The notes under the pieces were generated by a model, which ran no database searches, was not told where the DNA came from, and saw only the letters and a program-made list of their open reading frames with translations. 64,000 nucleotides of DNA. It comes from an uncultured Pseudomonadota bacterium. GTDB taxonomy: Bacteria > Pseudomonadota > Alphaproteobacteria > JACZXZ01. A program made the position numbers and the translations under genes. Shown in pieces: positions 30,108 to 40,655 of the stretch. Every line of letters starts with the position of its first letter. The stretch's first letter is position 1. The stretch covers positions 1,216,001-1,280,000 of the forward strand of contig CAVVLJ010000016.1 in NCBI GenBank assembly GCA_963749075.1. The letters are read 5' to 3'.

Positions 30108-31208
30108 ATGGCAATGCTCCGCTTGTTGATAGCCGCGGCTTTGCTCTTGCTCGCCGCACCTCTGACGGCCCACGCCGAGGGCCTCCAGCAGAGGGAGCTG
30201 CGCATTCCAATGGCAGAGGCCGGCTCCGCGGGCCTCGAGGCTCTCCTCGTCTGGCCGGACGAGCCCGGGCGGCATCCGCTCGCCTTGATCAGCCACGGCT
30301 CGCCGCGCTCATCGTCCGAGCGGCCGCAGATGACGCCGCTCGCCATGCTGCCTCAGGCGAGGGAGCTCGCGCGGCGAGGTTGGGCCGCAGCGGTCGTCAT
30401 GCGGCGCGGCTACGGCGGCTCGGGGGGCAGCTGGCAGGAGGGCCATGGCCGCTGCTCGCATGCCAACTATGAGGAGGGCGCGGGCGCGATGGTCGCCGAT
30501 CTCAAAGCCGCCATCGCCTATCTCGCCACGCTCCCCGAGGTCGACGCCTCGCGCATGATAGCGCTCGGCGTCTCGGTGGGAGGCTTTGCCACCGTGGCGC
30601 TCACCGCCGATCCGCCGCCCGGCCTCGTCGCCGCCATCAGCTTCGCCGGCGGCCGCGGCTCTCCCTCGTCCGACACCGTCTGCTCGCCGGACGCGCTGGT
30701 CGCCGCCTTCCGCAACTTCGGCAGCCGCTCGCGCGTGCCGATGCTGTGGATCTATGCGGAGAACGACCATTTCTTCGGCCCCTCGATCGCGCACCGCCTC
30801 CTGGACGCGTTCAAGGAGGGCGGCGGCCAAGTCACCTTCATCGCCCCGCCGCCCTTCGGCGACGACGGCCACAAGCTTTTCTCGAGTGCGGGCATCCCCA
30901 TCTGGACCCCCCTCGTCGACGAGTTTCTCAAGAGCCGCGGCCTCGTGCTCCGCGCCACCCCGCTGGCGCTTACAGCAGCGCCCGCCTTGGCACCGCCCGC
31001 GCAGCTCTCGGCCGACGGACGCAGCGCCTTCGCGAGCTATCTGACGGGCGCGCCGCACAAGGCCTTCGCGGTCTCGCCCAATGGCGACTATGGCTGGCGT
31101 TCGGGGCGGCGCTCGACCGAGGAGGCGAAATCCGGCGCGCTCGAGAACTGCGCCAAGCATGGCAAGGACTGCCGGGTCATCATGGTGGACGACACGGCGG
31201 CGAATTAA
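30108..31208 (+). CDS. Secreted alpha/beta hydrolase (dienelactone hydrolase-like) with C-terminal two-Cys domain
   Basis: Signal peptide, SHG, RRGYG, GVSVGG nucleophile elbow, END, DGH; KAFAVS..ALENC..C. Confidence 0.85.
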   Translation: MAMLRLLIAAALLLLAAPLTAHAEGLQQRELRIPMAEAGSAGLEALLVWPDEPGRHPLALISHGSPRSSSERPQMTPLAMLPQARELARRGWAAAVVMRRGYGGSGGSWQEGHGRCSHANYEEGAGAMVADLKAAIAYLATLPEVDASRMIALGVSVGGFATVALTADPPPGLVAAISFAGGRGSPSSDTVCSPDALVAAFRNFGSRSRVPMLWIYAENDHFFGPSIAHRLLDAFKEGGGQVTFIAPPPFGDDGHKLFSSAGIPIWTPLVDEFLKSRGLVLRATPLALTAAPALAPPAQLSADGRSAFASYLTGAPHKAFAVSPNGDYGWRSGRRSTEEAKSGALENCAKHGKDCRVIMVDDTAAN

Positions 31209-31229
31209 GCGCGCGGTTCTTCCCTCCCG

Positions 31230-32429
31230 TCAGCCCCACGACCAGAAGTCCATGCCTTGCTCGAGGAGGGCGCGCGAGAGCACCATCTTGTGCACCTCGC
31301 TCGCGCCGTCGACGAGCCTCGCCTGGCGCGCGTAGCGGTAGAGCCATTCGAGGATGCTGTCCTTCGAGTAGCCCTTGGCGCCGCAGAGCTGGATCGCGGC
31401 GTCGACCGCCTTGTGCAGCGTCTCGGCGACCGCGACCTTGGCCATCGAGACCTCCTTGCGCGCCTGGCTGCCCTGGTCGAGCTTCCAGGCCGCGTGCATG
31501 GTGAGAAGCCGGCCAACGTGGATGTCCATCGCCGCCTCGCCGAGGAGCCATTGCACGCCCTCGTGCTCGGCAAGCGTGCTGCCGAAGGAGCGGCGCTCGC
31601 GCACGTAGAATCCCGCGATCTCGAGCGCACGCTTGGCCCCGCCGAGCCAGCGCATGCAATGGGTGAGACGCGCCGTGCCGAGGCGGAGCTGCGCCACTTT
31701 CATGCCCTCGCCCACGCCCAAGAGCACGTTCTCCTCGGGGATCTCGAGCCCGTCGAAGGCGAGCTCGCAATGGCCGCCGTGCTCCTCCGGGCCCATGATG
31801 CCGATGCGGCGGACGAGCTGCCAGCCCGGCTGGTCCTTCCCGAAGAGAAAGGCCGTCAAGCCCTTGCGCGGGTCGTCGGACGTGCGCGCGATGAGGATGA
31901 AATGCGCCGCCCCGTCGGCACCGGTAATGAACCATTTGCGGCCTTGGACCACCCACTTGCCGCCGTGGCGCTCGGCGCGCGTCAGCATCATGCCGAGGGG
32001 ATCCGAGCCCGCGCCCGGATGCGGCTCGGTCATGACGAAGGAGGAGCGCACCTTGCCCTCGATGATCGGCTGCAGCCAGCGCTCCTTCTGCGCCTCGGTG
32101 CCGACCTTCTCGAGGACCATCATGTTGCCGTCGTCGGGGGCGCAGCAGTTGAAGACCAGCGGCCCGAAGATGGAGCGCGCCATCTCCTCGTAGCAGGCCG
32201 CCATGCCGACGGCGCCCACCCCCTGCCCGCCGCGCGACTTGGGCATCTGGAAACACCAGAGGCCGGCCGCACGGGACTTCGCGCGCAAGGGCCGGAGCGT
32301 CGCCTCGTTGATGTTCTCGTGCCCGTCGTAGCTCGCCGGCCTGCCCTCGAGCGGGATGACGTGCGCGTCGACGAAGGCCCTGATGCGCTTGCGGTAGTCC
32401 TCGATCTCGGGCGTGAGCGCGAAGTCCAT
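31230..32429 (-). CDS. Acyl-CoA dehydrogenase
   Basis: FNCCAPDDGNM, MTEP..GSDP, GRKWFITG, RLVDGASEVH. Confidence 0.93.
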   Translation of the reverse strand: MDFALTPEIEDYRKRIRAFVDAHVIPLEGRPASYDGHENINEATLRPLRAKSRAAGLWCFQMPKSRGGQGVGAVGMAACYEEMARSIFGPLVFNCCAPDDGNMMVLEKVGTEAQKERWLQPIIEGKVRSSFVMTEPHPGAGSDPLGMMLTRAERHGGKWVVQGRKWFITGADGAAHFILIARTSDDPRKGLTAFLFGKDQPGWQLVRRIGIMGPEEHGGHCELAFDGLEIPEENVLLGVGEGMKVAQLRLGTARLTHCMRWLGGAKRALEIAGFYVRERRSFGSTLAEHEGVQWLLGEAAMDIHVGRLLTMHAAWKLDQGSQARKEVSMAKVAVAETLHKAVDAAIQLCGAKGYSKDSILEWLYRYARQARLVDGASEVHKMVLSRALLEQGMDFWSWG

Positions 32430-32446
32430 GGCGCGTCCCTGCCGCG

Positions 32447-33214
32447 TCAGAGCGGCGAGTGCATATGGCCGCCGTCGACCACGATGGTGCTGCCCGTCAT
32501 GAACGACGAGGCGTCGGAGGCGAGCAGCAGGAGAGCGCCGTCGAGCTCCTCGGGCCTGCCGAGCCGGCGTTGCGGGATGCGCCGGATCATGGCGCGGCCC
32601 GCCTCCGTCGCGAAGAAGGCGCGGTTGATCTCCGTCTCGATGTAGCCGGGTGCCAAGGCATTCACGCGGATGCCGTGGCGCGCGAGCTCGACGGCGAGGG
32701 AGGCGGTGAGCTGCGCCAAGGCCGCCTTCGATGCGCCATAGGCCGAGAGCTGGCCTGCCGCGCGGAAAGCGGTGATGGAGGTGATGTTGACGATGGCACC
32801 GCCGTGGCCGAGCTTGACCATGTGCCGCGCCACCTCCCGCGCCATGAGCCAGGCGCCGCGCAGATTGACGCCGAGCGTGGCGTCCCACTCCTCCTCGGAG
32901 AGCTCGAGCGCCGGCTTCGGGAGGGCCGTACCGGCGTTGTTGACGAGGATGGCGAGCGGGCCGAGCTCCTCCGCCGCCGCCGCCACGGCCGCGCGCACGC
33001 TTTCGCCGCTTGCCACGTCGAGAGCGATCGGCACCGCGCGCCCGTCGAAGCCCTCGATCTCGCGGCAGAGTGCCGCCAGGAGCTCGACGCGCCGCGCCAT
33101 GAGCGCCACCTTGGCGCCGTGGCGCGCGAGCGTCAGCGCGAAATGCCGCCCCAAGCCGCTCGAGGCGCCGGTCACGACCGCGGCCTTGCCGCTCAAGTCG
33201 AAGAACTGCTGCAT
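32447..33214 (-). CDS. Short-chain dehydrogenase/reductase
   Basis: TGASSGLG, NNAG, YGASK, PGYIET, DGG. Confidence 0.93.
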   Translation of the reverse strand: MQQFFDLSGKAAVVTGASSGLGRHFALTLARHGAKVALMARRVELLAALCREIEGFDGRAVPIALDVASGESVRAAVAAAAEELGPLAILVNNAGTALPKPALELSEEEWDATLGVNLRGAWLMAREVARHMVKLGHGGAIVNITSITAFRAAGQLSAYGASKAALAQLTASLAVELARHGIRVNALAPGYIETEINRAFFATEAGRAMIRRIPQRRLGRPEELDGALLLLASDASSFMTGSTIVVDGGHMHSPL

Positions 33215-33404
33215 CTCCCCCCACGCCCGCCGCTTCTGCCGTCCTGGGATGCGCTCGCGACTCTAGTACGGCACCGGCGGCCGGCACAGGGTAAATCGCT
33301 TGCGAGCAAGCCGCTTCCGCCGCGGCGCTTGCGGGCGTTCGGCGTTGGTGGTGAAATCGCGGCCCAGGCCGCTCGGCGGTCAATCGCGACGAAAAGGAAC
33401 GACG

Positions 33405-34185
33405 ATGCGACGCACCGCCCACGTCATCGTCCTCGTCCTCATGGCAGCGCTCGCCGCCGGTGCGGCGGCCGCGGCGCCGCTCGATGCGCAGAAGCTGGCC
33501 GCGGTCCAGAAGGCGGCCAACGATTTCGCAGCACTCGCCAAGGACTCCCACACGGACGGGAAACCGCCGCGGCAGTCCGACCCGGCGGTGGCAGCGCTGC
33601 TCGACGCCATCTTCGATACGTCGGCGCTGCAATCGCCGGAGCCGCTCCCCTTCGATCAGCTCGGCATGCTGAACCAATGGACCGTGGCGATCCTCAAGGC
33701 CGGCGCCGTCTACATGCTCGCCGGCAGCGGCACCGCCGATCTTGCGAAAGCGGCGGGCGACGCGAGCCTGGTGGAGCACATCGAGCGCAACACGGCCGAA
33801 TACGCCCCCGAGATGGGGCGCTATCTCGACGCCCAGATCCGCATCATGGACGCCATGATCCGCAGCGTCGTGGCGCACATCGCCTCGGATCCCCAGGCGC
33901 TCGAGAATCCCAACGTGAGGGGCGGCCTCGCCAAGATCCGCGCCGGCACGAAGCAGAACTCTGCTGGGGGCGGTCACGACGCTGCTCAACGTCGGGCTCA
34001 GCGACGACTGGCGCCGCGCGCGCCTCCCCGCGCTTGCCGCCTTTGCACCCACCGCGGCCAAGTTCCTGCTGCCGGAGGACGACCGCGAGGTGCGCGAGGC
34101 AGCCCTCGACGTTGCCCAGGTGATGCGCGATCCCGAGGTCGAGCGCGGCCTCAAGGCCGTGGCCGATGCCTTTCAGCCGGGCTGA
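33405..34185 (+). CDS. Hypothetical secreted alpha-helical protein; apparent +1 frameshift at 33957-33958
   Basis: Signal peptide and AAGGA SD; removing one A continues KQTLLGAVTTLLNVGLSDDWRRARL..AVADAFQPG stop, with GC-rich third positions. Confidence 0.7.
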
Positions 34186-34191
34186 GGGCGC

Positions 34192-35841
34192 CTACTCCTC
34201 CCTCGCCTTCTCCCGCAGCGCGTATTTCTGGACCTTGCCCGTCGAGGTCTTGGGCAGCAGCCCGAAGACCACGTGCTTCGGCACCTTGAAATGGGCGAGG
34301 CGCCGGCGGCAGAAGGCGATGATCTCGGCAGCGCCGACCTCGGCACCGCCCGGCTTGAGAGTGACGAAGGCGCACGGCACCTCGCCCCATTTCTCGTCGG
34401 GCTGCGCCACCACCGCCGCCTCCATCACGGCGGGATGCTTGTAGAGCACCTCCTCGACCTCGAGCGAGGAGATGTTCTCGCCTCCTGAGATGATGATGTC
34501 CTTGGAGCGGTCCTTGATCTCGACGTAGCCGTCGGGATGGCGCACGGCGAGGTCGCCCGTGTGGAACCAGCCGCCGCGGAAGGCCTCGCGGCTCGCCGCC
34601 GGGTTCTTGAGATAGCCCTTCATCACCGTATTGCCGCGCAGCATGAGCTCGCCGATCGTCCGTCCGTCGCGCAGCACCGGGGCCATGCCCGCGGGCTCGG
34701 CGACCATGAGATCGGCGAGCGTCAGATAGCGCACGCCCTGGCGCGCCATGCGGGACGCCTTCTCCTCGAGCGTGAGCCCGCCCCACGCCTCCTGCCAGGC
34801 GCAGAGCACAGCAGGGCCATAGCTCTCGGTGAGGCCGTAGAGATGGGTGACGCGGAAGCCCATGCGCTCCATCGCGGCGATCACGGCACTCGGGGGCGCT
34901 GCCCCGCCGGTCGCCACCTCGATCGTCCACTCGAAGCGGCGCTTGATGGCGTCGGGCGCGTGCACCAGCATATTGAGCACGATGGGGGCGCCGCAGAGAT
35001 GGGTGACGCGGTGCCGGGCGATCGCCGGGAAGATGAGCGCCGGATCGACGCGGCGCAGGCAGACGTGCGTCCCCGCCACGGCGGTCACCGCCCAGGTATA
35101 GGTCCAGCCGCTGCAGTGGAACATGGGCAGCGTCCAGAGATAGACCGTGCCGGCGTCGAGGCCGAACTCGATGGCGTTGCCGATGGCATTGAGGTAGGCG
35201 CCGCGGTGGTGATAGACGACGCCCTTGGGGTTGCCCGTGGTGCCCGAGGTGTAGTTGAGGCAGATCGCCTCCCACTCGTTGGCCGGCCAGCGCCAGGCGA
35301 ACTCGGGGTCGCCCTCCCTGAGGAAGGCCTCGTAATCCATCTTGCCGAGGAGCTCGCCGCCGCTATGGAGCGGATCGTCGATGTCGATGACGAGGGGCGG
35401 TGCTGCGAGGCGCCCCAAAGCGGCTTTCACCACGGGCGAGAACTCGCGGTCGGCGATCAGCACCTTGGCGCCGCCATGCTCGAGGATGAAGGCGATGCTG
35501 GCGGCGTCGAGCCGGTAGTTGAGCGCATTGAGCACGGCGCCGGCCATGGCGACGCCGTAATGGGCCTCGAGCAGCGCCGGCACGTTGGGCGCCATGACGG
35601 AAACCGTGTCGCCTGGCCGCACGCCGCATCGGGCGAGCGCCGAGGCGAGGCGCCGGCAGCGCGAGAAGAGCTCGCGATAGGAATAGCCGAGCTCGCCGTG
35701 AGCGACGGCGGTCTTGTCGGGGAAGACGGCAGCCGCCCGCTCGAGGAAGCCGAGCGGTGTCAACGGCGCGAAATTCGCGGCGTTCGGCTCGAGCCCGCGC
35801 TCGTAAGGATCGTCGCTACCGTGCGGCACGCCCTCTGCCAT
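34192..35841 (-). CDS. Acyl-CoA synthetase (AMP-binding)
   Basis: YTSGTTGNPKG, YGLTE, WFHTGD, DRSKDIIISGGEN, PKTSTGK. Confidence 0.95.
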   Translation of the reverse strand: MAEGVPHGSDDPYERGLEPNAANFAPLTPLGFLERAAAVFPDKTAVAHGELGYSYRELFSRCRRLASALARCGVRPGDTVSVMAPNVPALLEAHYGVAMAGAVLNALNYRLDAASIAFILEHGGAKVLIADREFSPVVKAALGRLAAPPLVIDIDDPLHSGGELLGKMDYEAFLREGDPEFAWRWPANEWEAICLNYTSGTTGNPKGVVYHHRGAYLNAIGNAIEFGLDAGTVYLWTLPMFHCSGWTYTWAVTAVAGTHVCLRRVDPALIFPAIARHRVTHLCGAPIVLNMLVHAPDAIKRRFEWTIEVATGGAAPPSAVIAAMERMGFRVTHLYGLTESYGPAVLCAWQEAWGGLTLEEKASRMARQGVRYLTLADLMVAEPAGMAPVLRDGRTIGELMLRGNTVMKGYLKNPAASREAFRGGWFHTGDLAVRHPDGYVEIKDRSKDIIISGGENISSLEVEEVLYKHPAVMEAAVVAQPDEKWGEVPCAFVTLKPGGAEVGAAEIIAFCRRRLAHFKVPKHVVFGLLPKTSTGKVQKYALREKAREE

Positions 35842-35949
35842 CGCCCACCTCCGCGCCATCGCCGCGATGCTTCCGCCTCGGGCCTTCCGCGTCAAGGGCA
35901 GCCTCGGATGCGTGCTCGCGTTCCGCCCTCGGCGGAGCTATGCTTTGGC

Positions 35950-36600
35950 ATGATCATCGACGTCATCTCGGACACCATCTGCCCATGGTGCTTCGTCGGC
36001 AAGCGCCGCCTCGAGCGCGCGCTGAGCCTCGCAGCGCGGCCCGACCTCGTCGTCGCCTGGCATCCCTTCCAGCTCAATCCGGACATGCCCAAGGCCGGCA
36101 TGGAGCGCGCCGAATACTTGCGCCTCAAGTTCGGCGACGAGCGCGGCTCGGGCGCCTATGACGCCATCCGCGAGGCCGGCGCCGGCGAGGGCATCGAGTT
36201 CAATTTCGCCGCCGTCAAGCGCACGCCCAACACCTTCGAGTCGCACCGCCTGGTGCGCTATGCGGGCGAGCTCGGCCTCCAGCACCAGGTGGTGGAGGCG
36301 CTCTTCCAGGCCTATTTCATCGACGGCCGCGACGTGGGCGACGCCATGACGCTGCTCGATGTGGGCACCTCGGCCGGCCTCGAGCGCGGCGCCCTCGCCG
36401 ACCATATGGCGGGCGAGGCCGGTGCCACGGAGGTGGCCAAGGAAGACGAGATGGCGCGGCGCATGGGCGTGCAGGGCGTGCCCTGCTTCATCTTCCAGCG
36501 CAAGTACGTGGTCTCCGGCGCGCAGTCGCCCGACGTCTTCCTCCAGGTCTTCGAGATCGTCGAGAAGGAGCAGGCGGAGGTGGGCGCCGAGGAGGCCTGA
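35950..36600 (+). CDS. DsbA-family oxidoreductase (FrnE-like)
   Basis: SDTICPWCFVG, PFQLNP, GVPCF, SGAQ. Confidence 0.92.
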   Translation: MIIDVISDTICPWCFVGKRRLERALSLAARPDLVVAWHPFQLNPDMPKAGMERAEYLRLKFGDERGSGAYDAIREAGAGEGIEFNFAAVKRTPNTFESHRLVRYAGELGLQHQVVEALFQAYFIDGRDVGDAMTLLDVGTSAGLERGALADHMAGEAGATEVAKEDEMARRMGVQGVPCFIFQRKYVVSGAQSPDVFLQVFEIVEKEQAEVGAEEA

Positions 36601-36614
36601 GCCTGCGTCCCCTC

Positions 36615-36799
36615 TCCCCTCTCCTCCTTCAGGAGGAGAGGGTCGGGGTGAGGAGGCCATCGGCGCGCGCGATCAGCGCCGACGCCGCCACCGGCTGCTT
36701 CGCTGAAAACAGTGTTGACCGGGCTTCTTCGCGCGAGGGCACCCGCGCGATTTCAACACCTCCTCACCCTACCCTCTCCTCCTGAAGGAGGAGAGGGGA
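36615..36799. repeat. Inverted pair of REP-like palindromes (REPIN-like)
   Basis: TCCCCTCTCCTCCTTCAGGAGGAGAGGGTCGGGGTGAGGAGG at 36615-36656 and near-exact reverse complement at 36759-36799; each has a 12-bp internal stem. Confidence 0.88.
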
Positions 36800-39700
36800 A
36801 TTGAAGGGGGAGAGGGTGAGCGGCCGCGATCTCGGCGATCTTGCGCAAGACCTGCACCACGCCGGCGACGCGCTCGGCCGCGTCCTCCCAGGGGCGCTTG
36901 ATGACGAGCTTCTGGTCCGGGCGGAAGCTCACGGTACCGGCCTGGCGCTGCACGAACTCGATGAGGCCCTTGGGGTTGGCGAACTGGTTCTGGCGGAAGG
37001 CGAGCACGGCGCCCTTGGGACCGGCGTCGAGCTTCTCGATGCCGGCGTCTATCGAGAGGCGCTTGATCGCCACGATCTTGAGGAGGTTCCCGACCTCGGG
37101 CGGCAGCGGCCCGAAGCGGTCGACGAGCTCGGCCGCGAAGCCGTCGATCTCCTGCTGGTCGACGAGTGCCACGATGCGGCGGTAGAGCCCGAGCCGCACG
37201 CCGAGGTCCGGCACGTAGCTCTCCGGAATGAGCACCGGCGTGCCGAGGTTGATCTGCGGCGTCCAGTCGGGCTGGCGCGCCGCCGCGACCTCGCCTTTCG
37301 CCGCCGCCACCGCCTCCTCGAGCATCTGCTGGTAGAGCTCGATGCCGACCTCGCGCACGTGGCCGGACTGCTCCTCGCCGAGGAGGTTGCCCGCACCGCG
37401 GATGTCCATGTCGTGGCTCGCAAGCGTGAAGCCGGCGCCGAGCGTATCGAGGGTCTGCATGACATGGAGGCGCTTGGTGGCACTGTCGCTCAGCGCCTTC
37501 CCCGGCGGCAGCGTGAGATAGGCATAGGCGCGCAGCTTGGCGCGCCCGACGCGGCCGCGCAGCTGGTAGAGCTGCGAGAGGCCGAACATGTCGGCGCGGT
37601 GGATGACGAGCGTGTTGGCGGCGGGAATGTCGAGGCCCGATTCGACGATGTTGGTCGAGAGCAGCACGTCGAACTTGCCGTCGTAGAAGGCCGCCATGGC
37701 GTCCTCGAGCTGGCTCGGCGCCATGCGCCCGTGCGCCATCGCGATCTTCACCTCGGGCACCAGCTCCCTCAGGCGCTCGCGCACGCCCGCCAGATCCTCG
37801 ATGCGCGGGCAGACGTAATAGCTCTGCCCGCCGCGGAAATGCTCGCGCAGGAGCGCCTCGCGCACGACGACGGGGTCGTAGGGCAGCACGAAGGTGCGCA
37901 CGGCCAGGCGGTCGATGGGCGGTGTCGCGATGAGGCTCATGTCGCGCACGCCCGAGAGGGCTAGCTGAAGCGTGCGCGGGATCGGCGTCGCGGTCAGCGT
38001 CAGCACGTGCACGTTGCTCCTGAGCTGCTTGAGGCGCTCCTTCTGCTTGACGCCGAAATGCTGCTCCTCGTCGACGATGAGGAGGCCCAGATGCTTGAAG
38101 GCGACGGTCTTGCTCAGGAGCGCGTGGGTGCCGATCACGATATCGGTGGTGCCGGCTGCCGAGCCGGCCTTGACCTCCGCCGCCTCCTTGGCGCCGGTCA
38201 GCCGCGAGAGCCGGCCGATCCTGACGGGCAGCCCGGCGAAGCGCTCGTTGAAGGTGCGGTAGTGCTGGCGCGCGAGGAGCGTCGTCGGCACGATGAGGGC
38301 CATCTGGAAGCCCGACATCACGGCAAGGAAGGCGGCGCGGAGCGCCACCTCGGTCTTGCCGAAGCCCACGTCGCCGCAGATGAGCCGGTCCATCGGGCGG
38401 CCGGACGCGAGATCGTGGATCGTCTCGTCGATGGCGGTGAGCTGGTCCTCGGTCTCGGGATAGGGGAAGCGCGCGCAGAACTCGGCATAGCTCGGGCCCT
38501 CGGCGGCGATGAGCTCGCCGGGCTTGAGCTGGCGCTCGGCGGCGACGCGGATGAGCTCGCCCGCGATCTCCTGGATGCGCTCCTTGACCCGCGCCTTGCG
38601 CGCCTGCCAGCCGGCACCGCCCAGCCGGTCGAGCTGGGCGCCCGCCTCCTCGGAGCCGAAGCGCGAGAGCACCTCGATGTTCTCGACCGGCACGAAGAGC
38701 CGGTCGCCGCCCTCGTAGAGCACGCGCAGGCAATCGTGCGGCGCGCCTGAGACCTCGATGGTCTCGAGCCCCTCGTAGCGGCCGATGCCGTGCTCGACGT
38801 GGACGACGAGATCGCCGGCCGTGAGCGTCGAGACCTCGGAGATGAAGTTCTCGGCGCGGCTGCGCCGCTTCACGGGACGCACCAGGCGGTCGCCGAGGAT
38901 GTCCTGCTCGCTGATGACGGCGAGCTCGCCGCGCACGAAGCCGTGCTCGAGTGCCAGCACGATGAGGCCGACCGCATCGCGGGGAAGTGCCGCGAGCTCG
39001 CCCCAGCTCGCGAGCGTCACCACGTTCTTCTGGCCGTGCTCGCCGAGAAGCGTGCCGAGGCGGTCGCGGGCACCCGGGCTGTAGCCCGCCACGATGACGC
39101 GGCGCCCCTGGCGCTGCTCGGCCGCGATGTGCTGGCCGAGGGCGTCGAACAGGTTGATCTCGGGATGCGCCCGCGCGTCCGCGAAGTCGCGGCCTGGCCG
39201 GCCGCCGGCATCGACGGCGGCGGCACCCTCGGGCGGCTTGAAGGGAGAGAAGCCGCCGGTCAGGCGGCCCGCAAGCGCGCCATCGAGTGCCAAGCGGTCG
39301 AGGAAGAGGCTCTCCGGCGGCACCGGCTTATAGAGGGTCGCGGGATCGGCGTCCGCGAGCGTGCGGCGCGCGGCGTAGAACTCGGCGATGGTCTCGAGCC
39401 GCGTCGCGATCGCCTCCTCGGCCTGGTAGTCGAAGGTCACCGCCGCGTCCGGCAGGTAATCGAGGACGGTCTCGAGGCGCTCGTAGAAAAGCGGCAGCCA
39501 ATGCTCCATGCCGATGTGCGCGCGGCCGGCGCTGATCGCCTCGTAGAGCGGGTCGGCCCCGCGCGCCGCACCGAAAAGCTCGCGGTAGCCCATGCGGAAG
39601 CGCTGCACCGCCGCCTCGTCGAGCAGCACCTCGCTCATCGCCTTGAGCTGGAGGCGCTCGTAGCCCGTCGTGGTGCGCTGGCTCAGGGGATCGAAGCCGC

Positions 39701-40310
39701 GGATGCGCTCGACCTCGTCGCCGAAGAGATCGAGGCGCACGGGCTCCGCCGTGCCCGGCGGGAAAATGTCGACGATGCCGCCGCGGAGCGCATATTCGCC
39801 CGGCTCGCGCACCGTCTCGGCGCGCCGGTAGCCGTTCGCCAGGACGAAGCGGCTGAGCTCCTCGCGCTGGAGCCGCCCGCCCACGGCGAGCGGGAAGACC
39901 GCGTCGCGGAAGGTGGCAGCCGGCGGCACCTTCTGGAGGAGGGCGTTGATGGTGGTGACGGTGATGCGGCTCTCGGGCGGCTGAGGTGCCCGGGCCAATC
40001 TCGTGAGCGTATCGATGCGCCGGCTCACGATCTCGGCGTTGGGCGACAGCCGGTCGTAAGGCAGGCAATCCCACGCCGGGAAGCTCAGCACCTCGAGTGC
40101 CGGTGCGAAGAAGGCGAGCGCCTCGGCAATGCGGTTGAGCGCTGCGTCGTCGCGCGCCACGTGAAGGAGCTGGACGGGCGAGCCTGCCGCCCGCTCGGCC
40201 AGGACGAGGGCATCGACGCCCTCGGGCGCTCCCGCGATCGTGACCCGGCCAGGATGTCCCGGAGCGTCAGCCTGACTAATCATTTCAGTCAAATGAATCA
40301 ATCTGTTCAA
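36753..40310 (-). CDS. mfd: Transcription-repair coupling factor
   Basis: PAWDCLPYDR, VHVEHGIGRY, CGDVGFGKTEV, DEEQHFG, TATPIPRT, QLRGRVGR, TRCF C-terminus; start may be TTG 40310 or ATG 40283. Confidence 0.97.
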   Translation of the reverse strand: MNRLIHLTEMISQADAPGHPGRVTIAGAPEGVDALVLAERAAGSPVQLLHVARDDAALNRIAEALAFFAPALEVLSFPAWDCLPYDRLSPNAEIVSRRIDTLTRLARAPQPPESRITVTTINALLQKVPPAATFRDAVFPLAVGGRLQREELSRFVLANGYRRAETVREPGEYALRGGIVDIFPPGTAEPVRLDLFGDEVERIRGFDPLSQRTTTGYERLQLKAMSEVLLDEAAVQRFRMGYRELFGAARGADPLYEAISAGRAHIGMEHWLPLFYERLETVLDYLPDAAVTFDYQAEEAIATRLETIAEFYAARRTLADADPATLYKPVPPESLFLDRLALDGALAGRLTGGFSPFKPPEGAAAVDAGGRPGRDFADARAHPEINLFDALGQHIAAEQRQGRRVIVAGYSPGARDRLGTLLGEHGQKNVVTLASWGELAALPRDAVGLIVLALEHGFVRGELAVISEQDILGDRLVRPVKRRSRAENFISEVSTLTAGDLVVHVEHGIGRYEGLETIEVSGAPHDCLRVLYEGGDRLFVPVENIEVLSRFGSEEAGAQLDRLGGAGWQARKARVKERIQEIAGELIRVAAERQLKPGELIAAEGPSYAEFCARFPYPETEDQLTAIDETIHDLASGRPMDRLICGDVGFGKTEVALRAAFLAVMSGFQMALIVPTTLLARQHYRTFNERFAGLPVRIGRLSRLTGAKEAAEVKAGSAAGTTDIVIGTHALLSKTVAFKHLGLLIVDEEQHFGVKQKERLKQLRSNVHVLTLTATPIPRTLQLALSGVRDMSLIATPPIDRLAVRTFVLPYDPVVVREALLREHFRGGQSYYVCPRIEDLAGVRERLRELVPEVKIAMAHGRMAPSQLEDAMAAFYDGKFDVLLSTNIVESGLDIPAANTLVIHRADMFGLSQLYQLRGRVGRAKLRAYAYLTLPPGKALSDSATKRLHVMQTLDTLGAGFTLASHDMDIRGAGNLLGEEQSGHVREVGIELYQQMLEEAVAAAKGEVAAARQPDWTPQINLGTPVLIPESYVPDLGVRLGLYRRIVALVDQQEIDGFAAELVDRFGPLPPEVGNLLKIVAIKRLSIDAGIEKLDAGPKGAVLAFRQNQFANPKGLIEFVQRQAGTVSFRPDQKLVIKRPWEDAAERVAGVVQVLRKIAEIAAAHPLPLQFPSPPSGGEGRVRRC

Positions 40311-40570
40311 TGTGGAATCTTGAAGTCCAGGATGAGCTTCATCACCGCGTTGTCGAAGGCCGGCGGAACGGGCGTCTCGCCGACGATCCAGTTGAAGAGG
40401 TCCGGGTCGGGTGCCGCGAGGAGCGCCTCGTACTGGCCGAGCTCGGCGTCGCTGAGGCCGGCGAGATGGCGCTCCGCAAAGCCGCCGAGCAGCAGGTCCA
40501 TCTCGCGCGTCCCGCGGTGCCAGCTGCGATAGCGGAGTTGCTTCAGGCGAGGATCGGAGGTAACGGACAT
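40307..40570 (-). CDS. sdhE: Succinate dehydrogenase assembly factor 2
   Basis: YRSWHRGTREMDL (RGxxE), DPDLFNWI; position between mfd and recG. Confidence 0.93.
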   Translation of the reverse strand: MSVTSDPRLKQLRYRSWHRGTREMDLLLGGFAERHLAGLSDAELGQYEALLAAPDPDLFNWIVGETPVPPAFDNAVMKLILDFKIPH

Positions 40571-40655
40571 TCTCTCAACCGGGGGCGGACGCATCTAGGA
40601 TATAAGGCGCGGGAGGCCTCCTGTCAGCAACCGCTTGAGCATAATCCCCATCTCC

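Noticed and set aside
31230-34154. 974-aa ORF
   Set aside because: Only 31230-32429 is the acyl-CoA dehydrogenase; the rest overlaps the SDR out of frame and a + strand gene
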